DNA from: Candidatus Omnitrophota bacterium
Lineage (GTDB): Bacteria; Omnitrophota; Gorgyraeia; 1-14-0-20-64-10; JACQQZ01
Reading direction: 5' to 3'
Assembly (NCBI GenBank): GCA_016206635.1
Contig: JACQRF010000059.1
Span: forward strand, 1-45,532
DNA: 45,532 nt
Shown: positions 1 to 10,100 of the stretch, in pieces
Numbering within the stretch: the stretch's first letter is position 1
Layout of the letters: each line of letters begins with the position of its first letter
Made by a program: the position numbers and the translations under genes
The notes under the pieces: generated by a model
What the model saw: the letters and a program-made list of their open reading frames with translations, nothing else
Database searches by the model: none
Told to the model about the DNA's origin: nothing

Positions 1-142
1 CCACTACCCAATCGCGGCGTGGCCGGGTCGGCCGGGGCGTCTGAATGAGAGCGGTTATCACATGGTCCTTGGTGTTCCAGTTGACGAGGACCACCGACAC
101 GCGCGAGGCGGGATTAGCGGCGGCGTCGAAGGGGCCGGTCAT
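1..142 (-). CDS. Glycosyltransferase family 2 (GT-A), 5' fragment; the gene continues past the left edge
   Basis: Reading the minus strand from ATG 142..140 gives MTGPFDAAANPASRVSVVLVNWNTKDHVITALIQTPRP... The 'VSVVLVNWNT' strand is the classic opening of GT2 enzymes. It is absent from the ORF track because it is truncated. An alternative GTG start lies at 100. The ATG start overlaps the upstream stop (114) by 29 nt. Confidence 0.5.
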   Translation of the reverse strand, partial: MTGPFDAAANPASRVSVVLVNWNTKDHVITALIQTPRPTRPRRDWVV

Positions 143-866
143 ACCACCGCAGGATCCGGAGGCGGTACCAAATGGCCATCGTGTCCCAGAAGGTATGGAA
201 GATGTCGAGCAGGCGAATCCGGTGCTGGTACCGCGTGGATTTGAGCGCGACCGGGGCCTGGGCGATCGTGTAGCCATAATGGTGCGCGAGCGCCAGCAGC
301 TCCAAATCAAACGCATAGCGCTTGACCAGCATCTTCGGGAAGATTTTCGCCAGCACTTCCCGTCGAAAGAGCTTGAGGCCGGTTTGCGTGTCACGGATCG
401 GTAGGCCGAAGAGGATTTTGATGAGGAAGAAATAGACATTGGAAATGAGACTGCGGTGCCACGGGTAGTCCACGCGGGATTCCGGATGCCGTTTGGCGCC
501 GATCACGACATCGGCGCCCGTGCGTTCCATCACCTCGTAGAGGGTCTTCACCTGAGCCGGGTGCAGGTCGAGGTCGCAGTCGAGGAACGCCACGAGTTCG
601 CCGGAGGTGGCCCGGAACCCTTTTTTGAGCGCCCGGCCCTTGCCGAAATTTTCACGATTCCGAGCCACCACGATCCGTCCGTGCCATCTCGCCAGTTGTT
701 CCAACGTCTCAAGCGTCCCATCCAGCGAGCCATCGTCCACCACCACCACCTCATAGTCCCACCCGAATTGGTCAAGCGTGCGAAGGGTTTCCTGGGCGGA
801 TGGCGTGATGACCGCCACTTCATTGTACGCTGGCATCAAGATCGAAAACCTCGGGGAGGACCTCAC
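114..866 (-). CDS. GT2 glycosyltransferase, DPM1/Ppm1-like (polyprenyl-phosphate hexosyltransferase type)
   Basis: Motifs FSILMPAYNE, YEVVVVDDGSLDGT, FLDCDLDLHP (DxD) and RDTQTGLKLF. The start is placed at GTG 866..864, which forms a GTGA overlap with the upstream stop (865..863). The ORF-track extension to 1049 runs inside the upstream gene. Confidence 0.8.
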   Translation of the reverse strand: MRSSPRFSILMPAYNEVAVITPSAQETLRTLDQFGWDYEVVVVDDGSLDGTLETLEQLARWHGRIVVARNRENFGKGRALKKGFRATSGELVAFLDCDLDLHPAQVKTLYEVMERTGADVVIGAKRHPESRVDYPWHRSLISNVYFFLIKILFGLPIRDTQTGLKLFRREVLAKIFPKMLVKRYAFDLELLALAHHYGYTIAQAPVALKSTRYQHRIRLLDIFHTFWDTMAIWYRLRILRWYDRPLRRRR

Positions 867-3091
867 CGCGACTTCCTGGCCGAAGGCGCCATCAGCACGC
901 CGAGAAGGCCTAAGACGAGCACGCCGAACGCGCAGGTCCCTAGCCACTCCGCGACAGCCGCCCATTGCAGGTACCAGCAGATCGTGGCGGCCCCTAACAA
1001 GCCGGCGAACCCGTACCAGGCATTGAGCATCGGCGCTTGACGCCACCATCGCCAGATGAACTCAAGCGAGAGCGGCACCATCACAAAGAGCCAGGCGATG
1101 ACGCCGGTCACGACTCTCAGAAGGCGCCGGATCGGTTGGAGCCACCGGTGAGGCACCCATCGCATCAGCCATTGCTCCCACCAAGCCCCCCAGGTTTCAA
1201 CGAGCGCCGTGGTGGCTTTGGATGCCAACGTCTCGATGAGTTGCTCTCCGCGCCCGATCCACTGCGGGCACCGGGGGATGGCCGCCATGACCGGCGGCAG
1301 TAACCACCAGATCCAGAATCCCCGCGCGGTGCCGACCAAGGGCGCGCCGGCCAGCGCGGTCACCACGAACACCGCGGGGGCGACGCCCCACAACAGGCCG
1401 TGGGTGATCCGCTCGAGTCGTGACCGCCGCAGTGGTCCGGTGAGATACCACAGCAAGGCCCCCATCAACCCCGAGACAAGCCAGCGCCAGGGTGAGAGGC
1501 GCTGACCCCGGACGTGAGGAGGGCCGAACCCGCTCAGCAGGTACCAATGGGGCGCCCGGAGCGTCCCTCGATAATTGCGGATTTCCATAGTTTCCCACTG
1601 GGTGGACGTTTCCGCCGTGTGATTGATGATGGACAGCCGGTTGGGGGTCGTCGCGTGCGTGATCCCCGGCGGCATACCGAGAAAATGCTTATCCCCGCGA
1701 TGCCGCACGGTGTTCACAACGGTGCCGATGGCATGGTCGTTCACCGCGAGTGAGAAACGGCACGCCTCCCATGGAATGATGTTGATCTTGAGAAGAAGCG
1801 GATAGGGGGTTGAGATCGGTGGAAACTCGAACACGGCCTGGGACGCGCCCAGCCGGGTGACGATGTTCCCGCGGAATCTCGGGTGCTGTTTGATCTGCCA
1901 TCCGCTCAGGAACCGGGCTTCGTGCGGCCCGTGGAGAGACGTGTCGTACCGGAACGACGTGGGGATAAACCCCGGCGCGACCAGCGCGGCATACGCGGCG
2001 GCGGTCGCCAGGCCCGCGAGGACGAGCGGTCTGGCGCGAAACGTCGTGACACGCTGGGACAGGATCCGTTGCGCGAGGGCCTGGAGCGCTACGACACCGA
2101 TGAGCCCTGTCAGCGTTGCGCAGATCACCGGATGCAGCCACCACGCCGCATCACGGTCCCGGCGGACCCCGCGCCAGGCCGCCAGCGCCGGGCCGACGAG
2201 GGTCACGCTGTAGAGCGGCCAGGCCAGCTCCCGCAGTCGGTGTGCAGGCGACAAGCGGGACCGCCGGGCCGCATACCCTTGGCCTCGGAGCAGGTTGTTC
2301 TCGATCCGGTGCCGGTATTTGCGGAAGAATTCCCGCACGCTCCGCACATGACGATGCGCGATCCCGGCGTCCTTCACGTAGGCGAACCGCCCGCCGCGCT
2401 CCGCGATGCGGCGCAGGGGCGTCATGTCGTCGCGTTGTTGGACCATGTGCGTCTCGACCAGCACATCGAACGCCCGGACGTCTGGATCGGCCGCGCCCAG
2501 CGCGGCCTCCGCCCTCTGGCGATGAATACAGACCCCTTGAGCCAGACAGATCGCGGGGTAGTCGCGCGCGGGGAAGGCGAACACCTGGTACGACGGCGTG
2601 TCGGCCTCGACCGGGAACCGATCCGCCATGTGGCGCGGATTGCAGGCGTCCCCGTACACAAAGGCGTAGAACGGGCCGCCGCCGGTCAGCGCGAAATACC
2701 GGTTCAGCGCCCAATCGTCCGGCACCACGGTGATGTGGGTGAAGGTGACGGTGACGTCCAGTCGCTCGACGAACGGCGCGGTCATGCGCGACAACCAGTG
2801 CGGATCCGGCAGGCGGTTATCCGCCGCCATCGGGATGACGACGTCCCCCTGCGCCTGGCGGATGGCGACCGCCACCCCCGGCTCACAGAGGCGCCGGGGG
2901 TTGGGATGCACGCGCGCGCCGTATCGCGCCGCAATGGCGGCGGTGTTGTCCGTCGAACCGCCATCAGCGATCGAAATGTCAATGCGGTCTTGCGGGTAGG
3001 CCTGGCGTCGGATGGATTCCAGGCAGCCGGCCAGCTCATCGGCCGCATTGAGGGTCGGGATGCAGAAGGCGACGCGCGGTTGGTCGCTCAT
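863..3091 (-). CDS. Fusion protein: N-terminal GT2 domain plus a C-terminal uncharacterised membrane module (TM anchor, extracytoplasmic beta-rich domain, multi-TM region)
   Basis: Starts MSDQPRVAFCIPTLNAADEL...ISIADGGSTDNT...PMAADNRLPDP (GT2). From about aa 355 it is colinear with the stand-alone protein at 13306..14631: AGLATAAAYAALVAPGFIPTSFRYD, NRLSIINHT...MEIRNYRG, FIWRWWRQ. ATG 3091 forms an ATGA overlap with the upstream stop at 3088. Confidence 0.8.
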   Translation of the reverse strand: MSDQPRVAFCIPTLNAADELAGCLESIRRQAYPQDRIDISIADGGSTDNTAAIAARYGARVHPNPRRLCEPGVAVAIRQAQGDVVIPMAADNRLPDPHWLSRMTAPFVERLDVTVTFTHITVVPDDWALNRYFALTGGGPFYAFVYGDACNPRHMADRFPVEADTPSYQVFAFPARDYPAICLAQGVCIHRQRAEAALGAADPDVRAFDVLVETHMVQQRDDMTPLRRIAERGGRFAYVKDAGIAHRHVRSVREFFRKYRHRIENNLLRGQGYAARRSRLSPAHRLRELAWPLYSVTLVGPALAAWRGVRRDRDAAWWLHPVICATLTGLIGVVALQALAQRILSQRVTTFRARPLVLAGLATAAAYAALVAPGFIPTSFRYDTSLHGPHEARFLSGWQIKQHPRFRGNIVTRLGASQAVFEFPPISTPYPLLLKINIIPWEACRFSLAVNDHAIGTVVNTVRHRGDKHFLGMPPGITHATTPNRLSIINHTAETSTQWETMEIRNYRGTLRAPHWYLLSGFGPPHVRGQRLSPWRWLVSGLMGALLWYLTGPLRRSRLERITHGLLWGVAPAVFVVTALAGAPLVGTARGFWIWWLLPPVMAAIPRCPQWIGRGEQLIETLASKATTALVETWGAWWEQWLMRWVPHRWLQPIRRLLRVVTGVIAWLFVMVPLSLEFIWRWWRQAPMLNAWYGFAGLLGAATICWYLQWAAVAEWLGTCAFGVLVLGLLGVLMAPSARKSR

Positions 3092-4209
3092 CGGCGGCCG
3101 CCTTGCACGATGCCGGACGCCTTCAACTGCTGCTCGACGGCGCCGAACGCGTCCTGCAGGCGTCCCTGCGCGCGGACCCAACGGACGTACCGCTGCAGCC
3201 CCTCTTCCAGGGAGACCTGGGGCGCGAATCCCAGCTGGGCCAGTTGGGTGACGTCGGCGACCATGTGCCGCACCTCCCCCATTCGGAACTCGCCGTTCAG
3301 TTGCGGTTCGCGGCGGACGCCGAGGGCGTCGGCGATGGCCGCCGCCAGGGCGCGGATCGTCGTGGCGCGCCCGGTCCCCACGTTGAAGATCCGGCCATAG
3401 CTCTTCGGGTTGCCCACGACCAGCCGGTTGGCGCGGGCGACGTCCTCGACGAAAATGAAATCCCGGCTTTGCTGCCCGTCCTCGTAGAGCACCGGCGGCT
3501 GCCCATTCAAGAGGCGCGTCGCAAAAATAGAGCAGACGCCGGTGTACGGGTTCGTCGGCGATTGCCGGGGCCCAAAGGTGACGAAATACCGCAAGGCGGT
3601 AACCGGGATATCGTGATGCCGGCCGAAAACCAGGCACAAGCGCTCTTGATCGTATTTGGAAATACCGTAGGGGGTTTCCGGACAAGCCCGCGTGCCCTCA
3701 TCGGTCGGCAGCGGCGCCAGCGCGCCGTCACCGTGCGGGCATTGGAGCTCCCAGAGGCCGCGGGCCAGCTGATCCGGCGGCCGCAAGGCCGGCGTGATTG
3801 TCCCATGAGCGGCGCAGCGGTACTTCCCTTCCCCGTACACGGCGATGGACGACGCGACGATGATCTGGCGCAGCCGCGTGCCGGGCGTTTGCAAGATGGT
3901 TTCCAGCAGCCGCGCGGTCCCGGCGCTGTTGCGTTCCAGGTACCGGGCCAGATGCGGGGTGAAGCCGCCGGTGGCGGCGTCGTGAATGAGCACCTCGATG
4001 CCATCAAGCGCCGGGCCGATGATCTGGGGATCACCGGCGTCGCCCCGGATGAATTCAGCCGCCGCGGGCAGATAGGCGGGCACCCGCCCGCCCGGATGCG
4101 TCGGCTCTTCCAAGTAGTCCACGATGCGGACCCGGTGTCCTTCGGCAAGCAGCTGGTCAACGATCGTCGAACCGATGAACCCGGCGCCGCCGGTCACGAG
4201 AATCCTCAT
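3088..4209 (-). CDS. NAD-dependent sugar epimerase/dehydratase (extended SDR, GalE-like) with an insertion of about 40 aa before the YxxxK motif
   Basis: MRILVTGGAGFIGS Rossmann motif and YGISKYDQE (YxxxK). ATG 4209 forms an ATGA overlap with the upstream stop at 4206. The ORF-track N-terminal extension is discarded. Confidence 0.85.
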   Translation of the reverse strand: MRILVTGGAGFIGSTIVDQLLAEGHRVRIVDYLEEPTHPGGRVPAYLPAAAEFIRGDAGDPQIIGPALDGIEVLIHDAATGGFTPHLARYLERNSAGTARLLETILQTPGTRLRQIIVASSIAVYGEGKYRCAAHGTITPALRPPDQLARGLWELQCPHGDGALAPLPTDEGTRACPETPYGISKYDQERLCLVFGRHHDIPVTALRYFVTFGPRQSPTNPYTGVCSIFATRLLNGQPPVLYEDGQQSRDFIFVEDVARANRLVVGNPKSYGRIFNVGTGRATTIRALAAAIADALGVRREPQLNGEFRMGEVRHMVADVTQLAQLGFAPQVSLEEGLQRYVRWVRAQGRLQDAFGAVEQQLKASGIVQGGRR

Positions 4210-4907
4210 GACCGGCGCGGCGGATGCGGCACGGCGGCGAGCCGGGGCCCGGCCCGGCCGTCGGCGTGGTACGGCCGGTCGGTGAGGCCGGTCACGCACT
4301 CCAGTTCGGTGATCGCTCGGAGCACCCTGGCCGGGTTGCCGGCCGCGACGACGCCGTCCGGCAAGTCCCGGGTGACCACCGCGCCGGCGCCGACCAACGT
4401 GCGCCGGCCGATCGTCACATACGGGAGCACCGTCACGTTGATGCCGAGTTGCGCCCCGGCCTTGATGGTCGGACCGCGCATGCAGTCTCTCGAATACGGG
4501 CATCCGGGATGCGGATCATTGGCGATGGTGACGCCGGGGGCGAGGAACGCGCCGTCTTCGATCACCGTGAACTGGGCGATATAGCAATTGGTATGGATCC
4601 GGACATGGTCGCCGATCCGGCAGCCGTAATCCACGACCGAATGGCTCCAGATCGCGACGTCGTCGCCGAGACGATTCTGCTCGCGAATGATGACGCCGTG
4701 GCCGGTTTGCAATGCCTGGCCAATGGTGGTGCCGGCATAGATGACGGTACCCGACCGGAGGCGGGCGCCGCGGCCCAGCGTCAGCCGAAGGTCCTCGACG
4801 GCCCGGTCCGGCCGGTATCCCACGATGACCCCCCGGTCCATGCGGCAGTCGCGGCCCCGCACCACGGTGATGGCCGGGGCCCGCCGGACCCGCCGCGCGG
4901 CCGTCAT
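4206..4907 (-). CDS. Left-handed beta-helix (hexapeptide-repeat) sugar N-/O-acetyltransferase, WbpD/WlbB-like
   Basis: Imperfect hexapeptide repeats (GTVIYAGTTIG, GHGVIIRE, GDDVAIWSHSVV, GDHVRIHTNCYI, GAQLGINVTVLPYVTIG, GAGAVVTRDLP) and a GNPARVL tail. ATGA overlap at 4904/4907. Confidence 0.8.
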   Translation of the reverse strand: MTAARRVRRAPAITVVRGRDCRMDRGVIVGYRPDRAVEDLRLTLGRGARLRSGTVIYAGTTIGQALQTGHGVIIREQNRLGDDVAIWSHSVVDYGCRIGDHVRIHTNCYIAQFTVIEDGAFLAPGVTIANDPHPGCPYSRDCMRGPTIKAGAQLGINVTVLPYVTIGRRTLVGAGAVVTRDLPDGVVAAGNPARVLRAITELECVTGLTDRPYHADGRAGPRLAAVPHPPRRS

Positions 4908-5926
4908 CGGCTCCCGTTCCTCGCCGCGCGGATCCGGCGCTCCGTGGCTTCCAGCAAACGGATCACATCCACCGCGAACCGGCCGTCGGTCATCGGCCGG
5001 CGCCGGGTCCGCACACACTGCAGAAAATGCTCGGCCTGCGCCCGCAACGGCTCCCGCTGCTGGACGTACGGGATGGTCACCCGGCCCTGGCGAGGGATCA
5101 GTTGGAATTCCCCGTAGTCGCGGTACCGCGGTTCGGCGTCAATGCGGCCTTCGCAGAGGCGGATCGTATCGCTGGAGGCCATGCCATCCCAGATGGCCGT
5201 GCGCCGATCCCCCACAATGACGATCTCGCGCACCCGCCGCGGGTCACACCAACTGACATGGATATTCGCCAACGCCCCGCTGGGATATCGGAACCCGATG
5301 AACGCGACATCTTCCACGTTCCGCTGCAGGAACGCGCCGGCGCTGACGGTGATCGCCTTCGGATCCGGAAATCCCAGCAGATAGCCGAGGATCGAGATGT
5401 CGTGCGAGGCCAGGTCCCAGATCACGCTGACGTCGTGGCGGATCGGACCGCGGTTCAACCGGGTCAGATTCAGGTAATGGATCCGCCCCAGGGTTTTTCT
5501 GACGAGGTATTGCTTCAGCGCGTGGATGCCGGCATGGTAGAGGAAGACGTGCCCGACCATCAGGATCCGCTGCATCCGGTCGGCCAAGGCGGTCAACGCC
5601 GTCGCGCTGCGCAGGTCATCGGTCAATGGTTTTTCGCACAACACGTCTTTGCCGGCCTGCAAGGCCTCCCGGACCAGGGCGGCATGCGTAGAGGTCGGCG
5701 TGGCGATGACGATGGCGTGAATCGTGCGGTCGCGCAAGAGCTCGCGCGGATTCGCCGTCAACCGAATGCCCGGATGCGCGCGCCGGACTTGCTGCAGCTT
5801 AGCCGGGTCCGGGTCCGCGGCGGCCACCACGGTGGACTCCTCGAACGACGAGAAATTCCGGATATGGTTGGGTCCCCACCGGCCGCAGCCGAGCACGCCG
5901 ATGCGGAGGGCGCCTGCACCGCTCAT
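4904..5926 (-). CDS. Gfo/Idh/MocA-family NAD(P)-dependent sugar oxidoreductase (WbpB-like candidate)
   Basis: N-terminus LRIGVLGCGRWGPNHIRNF (Rossmann), then EKPLT and a C-terminal alpha/beta domain. ATGA overlap at 5923/5926. Confidence 0.8.
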   Translation of the reverse strand: MSGAGALRIGVLGCGRWGPNHIRNFSSFEESTVVAAADPDPAKLQQVRRAHPGIRLTANPRELLRDRTIHAIVIATPTSTHAALVREALQAGKDVLCEKPLTDDLRSATALTALADRMQRILMVGHVFLYHAGIHALKQYLVRKTLGRIHYLNLTRLNRGPIRHDVSVIWDLASHDISILGYLLGFPDPKAITVSAGAFLQRNVEDVAFIGFRYPSGALANIHVSWCDPRRVREIVIVGDRRTAIWDGMASSDTIRLCEGRIDAEPRYRDYGEFQLIPRQGRVTIPYVQQREPLRAQAEHFLQCVRTRRRPMTDGRFAVDVIRLLEATERRIRAARNGSR

Positions 5927-7137
5927 GGGTGTACAGTGTATCGCACGGACGCGACCGGGACAAGTTGCGCTGACGCGCGGAGATGGGTGATCAACGCATC
6001 CACGAGCCGGCGCTTGTCATGCGCCTCGGCCCACGCCCGAGCGCGTCCGGCCATCTGCGCGTACCGCTCGGGGTTCCGGCACAGCGCTACCAGGGCCTCG
6101 GCCATGGCCGCCGGCGTGTCGGCAACCACGCCTCCCCCGGCTTGCTGAAGCTCTTCGGCGGTGCCGGAGACTCGGTTGGCCACGACCGGCAGCCCGCAGG
6201 CGGCGTACTCCCAAATCTTCATCGAATCACAGTAGTGGCTCCACGCAGAGTCCTCGGCGTACCAGGCAACCCCGATCCAGCTGGACGCCGCCAGCGCCAG
6301 CGCGCGCGGCTGCGGCAGGAACCCGGTGGCGCGGACGGCGTCGTCGAGGCGCTTGGCCTGGATTTGCCGCGCCAACCGTTCGGCTTCCTCGGGGGTCAGA
6401 AACCCTCCGATAATCCGCAGGGTCAATTGAGGGATCGTTTGCCGCGCCAGGCGGAGACTTTCCAGCACCGGCTCCACGCCGACCCAGGGAGAAAGGGAGC
6501 CGGCCATCATCACGATTGATGCTGGCTGCCGCTCGCCGATTGGCTGGACGGTCATCTCGCCGGTGACGGGGGAGTTGGGAAACCGCAGAACGCGCCGGGC
6601 ATCGAGGCCTGGGATCGCCTGCAGGTACTCCATGATCCGCTGAGAGACCGCCGTGACAACGCGGGCGCGCCGCGCGACGAAGCGGAACAGGCGCAGGTAG
6701 AGCGCGTCCAGCCAGGGCTGCCCGAACCGCCGGGTTGAAAAATCGGCGATGTGGAATGCGAACGCTTGGACCACGCCGAGGCGCTGCAATCCCCACCCCG
6801 CGACGGCATTCAGCGGGTCGGCGCACAGGGCGACGGCCCGCGGAGACGGCGCGAACGCGCGCCGGACGGCCCAAACCGTCCACGCCGGTTCCAGCGTCCA
6901 GCGCAGCAGGGGCCATCGGCACCACGCTAGCCCCTGAAGGACCGGGCGCTCAGCGCCGCCATCGCGGTAACGGAGCGATGACGGGCCGCAGGCGTCCAAC
7001 GGATGCTCTACGATCCCCAACCGCCATCCCTGTCCGGCCAGCAGGTCCAGCACGCGATCGAGGCCGCCGGGTTTTGGCTGCGAGTCAATCAGGACGCGGT
7101 GGATCACGACGACCGCATCGTAGCGCCACGGCGTCAT
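5923..7137 (-). CDS. GT-B fold glycosyltransferase (GT4/GT1-like)
   Basis: The C-terminal half carries the retaining GT-B signature region ...MKIWEYAACGLPVVANRVSGTAEEL... ATG 7137 forms an ATGA overlap with the upstream stop at 7134. Confidence 0.75.
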   Translation of the reverse strand: MTPWRYDAVVVIHRVLIDSQPKPGGLDRVLDLLAGQGWRLGIVEHPLDACGPSSLRYRDGGAERPVLQGLAWCRWPLLRWTLEPAWTVWAVRRAFAPSPRAVALCADPLNAVAGWGLQRLGVVQAFAFHIADFSTRRFGQPWLDALYLRLFRFVARRARVVTAVSQRIMEYLQAIPGLDARRVLRFPNSPVTGEMTVQPIGERQPASIVMMAGSLSPWVGVEPVLESLRLARQTIPQLTLRIIGGFLTPEEAERLARQIQAKRLDDAVRATGFLPQPRALALAASSWIGVAWYAEDSAWSHYCDSMKIWEYAACGLPVVANRVSGTAEELQQAGGGVVADTPAAMAEALVALCRNPERYAQMAGRARAWAEAHDKRRLVDALITHLRASAQLVPVASVRYTVHP

Positions 7138-10100
7138 GGAGGGCCGGGGCGGCGAGGTCTCTGCCGGTGCGGCGCCAGCAGGAGGAGGACGCATCCCAAC
7201 AGGGTGACGGCGGAGAGACCCGCGGCGCGTCGGAAGCGGGTTTGAATCGTGTAGCGCAGGTCCAGGCGCTGCGGCGGCGCCAGCGTGGGTACCCACCAGG
7301 CATTCGAGAACCCGTCGGCTTCCCAGTGCGCCTCCATGGCGATGGATTGCGTGTCGAACCGCGTGGTCAGCTCCCAGGCCGGATGATAGGCGTCACGGAG
7401 GACCAGGAATGCCCCGGTGGGTTCCGCGCGGACCACCTCGGCACGATAGGAGGTCGCGGAGTCCTTCGAGGCCGCCAGCGGCATCGGCGGCGCCGGGGGC
7501 TTCGCCGTGCTCGCCACTTGGATGCACGCCGAGCGGGCGATCGGCGTGTCGATCGTGAGGATGCAATGGCCGGGGTCGAGCGTCAACGGCTGAGCCGTCG
7601 TCCATCCCCATGGGGTTTTGGTCATCACGAGCGCTTGTTGACCAAGACGCAGCTGGGGGGGAGACGGGTCAAGGCCGGCCATCGCGATGAGCTGGATGCC
7701 GTACTGGTCGCGGCGCGGGATGTACACGGCCACGCTCCGCACGGCCTGCCCGACCTGGACCGGGCTCACCAAGAATGTCCCGCTGAGATACCGGCCGTCC
7801 GACCCCAGGATTGGGCTGGCGGTCGCCGTGGACGGCGTGTACAGCTCGACCGGCGTCAGGCCGGGATTGACTATGAGGTCATCGACCACGACCGGCTGTG
7901 CTTTCGAGCCGACGGCGTGCAGGACGCGCATGGGCGACGGCGGCGCGCCGACATTCAGCGTGAGATCCCGTTCGATCCCCGGCGACAGCACGCGGAACGA
8001 CATCGCGCAGCGCACCGGGCCGGGCGCGTCATTCACCAGATACCAGTGCGGCCCGCCGCCGATGATCGCCCGCCACGGATCGGCCCCCGGTGACCCCAGC
8101 GGCAAACGCGCGGCGGTATCGGCCATAGTCACCATCGGAGCGGACTGGGGGTCCGGCTCCAGCGTGGTTTCCATAATGTCGGGAGAGAAGATCCAACGCA
8201 GCGCATGATCGGGCGCTTGCCACCAAGGGATCCAGTCCGCCATTCGGGCGGCCAGCTCATCCACCGGCACGACCATGATGGTCGTGGGGGGCGCGTTCCA
8301 GGCAGAGAACCCGACGGCGTTGACGGTATGCGTCCCGCGCGAGAGGTGGTAGACCCCGTAATTCCGCCACCCCTCGGCCGGTGGGAACCACGGCTCGGAC
8401 CCCTGGACCGCGACGATCCGATCGTCCACGAGCAGCTGCAGCGGCATGGCCGATCCGGCATCGAGGTAGCGCGCGGCCCCCACGAAGTAATCTTTCGAGA
8501 CCGGCACGAAGAATGTCTGCCGATGGTTCTGAACGATCGGCACACGGATGATGCCTTCGACCTGTTGCAGCAGCGTGTCGCCGGCCTGCGCGTTGAACCA
8601 CGTGATGCCGGTGATCGGGAGCTGGTCATAGCGGGCCGGGTCTATGGCCTGCGCTTTCAGGAAGACCGGCGCGGTGGAGAGCGCCCCCTGGGTCGCGAGC
8701 GGCAGCATCGCTTCCAGCGACCCGGTCAGCAACTCGGTGGTCGGAACCAACTCCACGTGAGGGGCCGGGTTCCCATCTACTTCGTAAAATGCCCAGTGGC
8801 CGAAAGTGCGGCTCAGGCGGACCCCTCGGCAGGCGCGCAGTCTCGCTTCGAGCTGCTCGGCGGCGTCCGACCGGCCCGCGAGGTCCCGAGTGCTGTCGCG
8901 GCGGACCAGCAGGTACCGGACGCCGAGGCGGTGCGCGATCTGCGCCACGGGGGTGGCATCGCCCCGGAGTAGCCCATCCGTCATGAGCTGTCGCAGCAGT
9001 TGGTCGCCGTGCTCCAGGTACCGGGTGTCCGCCATCGGCGAGGCGAACAGCACGGACCGATCGCTCAGATAATTCAAGAGATGGAGCGTGGAGGCGAATC
9101 CCCAGGTATAGCTGTCGGACGATTGCTCCGGCAGCGACAGGATGCGCCCCGGTTTCGCGTCGCGCGCCAGCCAGGCGGCCGCCTCGTACACATAGGCGGG
9201 CACCGAAATTTTCAGAGAGCTCAGCACGGTCGGGTCGTGACGCGGAAAGATTGCGCCGGTCAGCATCGGGAACCCGGCCATCACGACCGCGCCGGCGCAC
9301 CCGCCGATCAGCCATCGCCGGCGCGCGGGCCAGCGACGGCACAGTTCGCGGACCGTGACGCTCACGAGGCAGGCGTACAAAATGACCAGCGCGAGGCCGA
9401 ATTTATAGAACGGCGAGCGAAACGCCGCGAACCCAGGGATGTGATGGGCCAGCCACAGATACACCCCTCCGGTCGGCGGATGCGCCCCGCAGGCCAGGAC
9501 CGTCATGAAGGCGGCCATCACCGCGCACCACCGTGTGTGAAAATCCCGTGTCAGCAACACCGCTCCATAGGCGGCCACCGGCAGCGCCACGCCGACGCCG
9601 AGCAGCAGCGGGTTGCGGAAGTAGTGCATCGCATACGCCACGTACGGCTCGCTGCCGGCCCCCTCATACCAATCCCACAGGCCTTGCAGGCGCATCACGT
9701 TAAACAGGCTGGTGTGGCGGCTGATCCCTTCCAGCCAGTTATCCATCCCGACCGTTCCCAGATTGCTTAGTGCCGCCACGCCCGTATGCTGGACGCCGAA
9801 GCGGGTCGCCGTCTCGAGGAACAATGGCCACCACCAGAAGGCGGAGCAGGCCACGACGACCGGCAGGCCCCACCCCACGGTCGCGGCCACTCGCCCAACG
9901 CCTTGGCGTCCCGCCGTTCGCCACTGATGCACCACCGAACAGGCCGTATAGCTACCGACGACCAGGAGCACCATGCCGAGAATCGGCGGGGAGCCCCACT
10001 CCGAGGCGAAGACGGCGATCAGCCCCAGCCCGGCGGCCGCGCGCCGCGGGGCGACGAGACCATGGAACGCCAGAATGAGCACGGCCAGGACCAGGGGAAG

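Noticed and set aside
1883-3400. Long plus-strand ORFs, for example 1883-3400, 3103-4584, 6735-8093, 18914-20200, 27820-28818, 36064-37731 and 37512-38732.
   Set aside because: They lie antisense to minus-strand genes that have clear domain signatures. Their translations are Arg/Pro/Gly/Ala-rich low-complexity strings with no recognisable motifs. Such stop-free shadow frames are expected in DNA this GC-rich.
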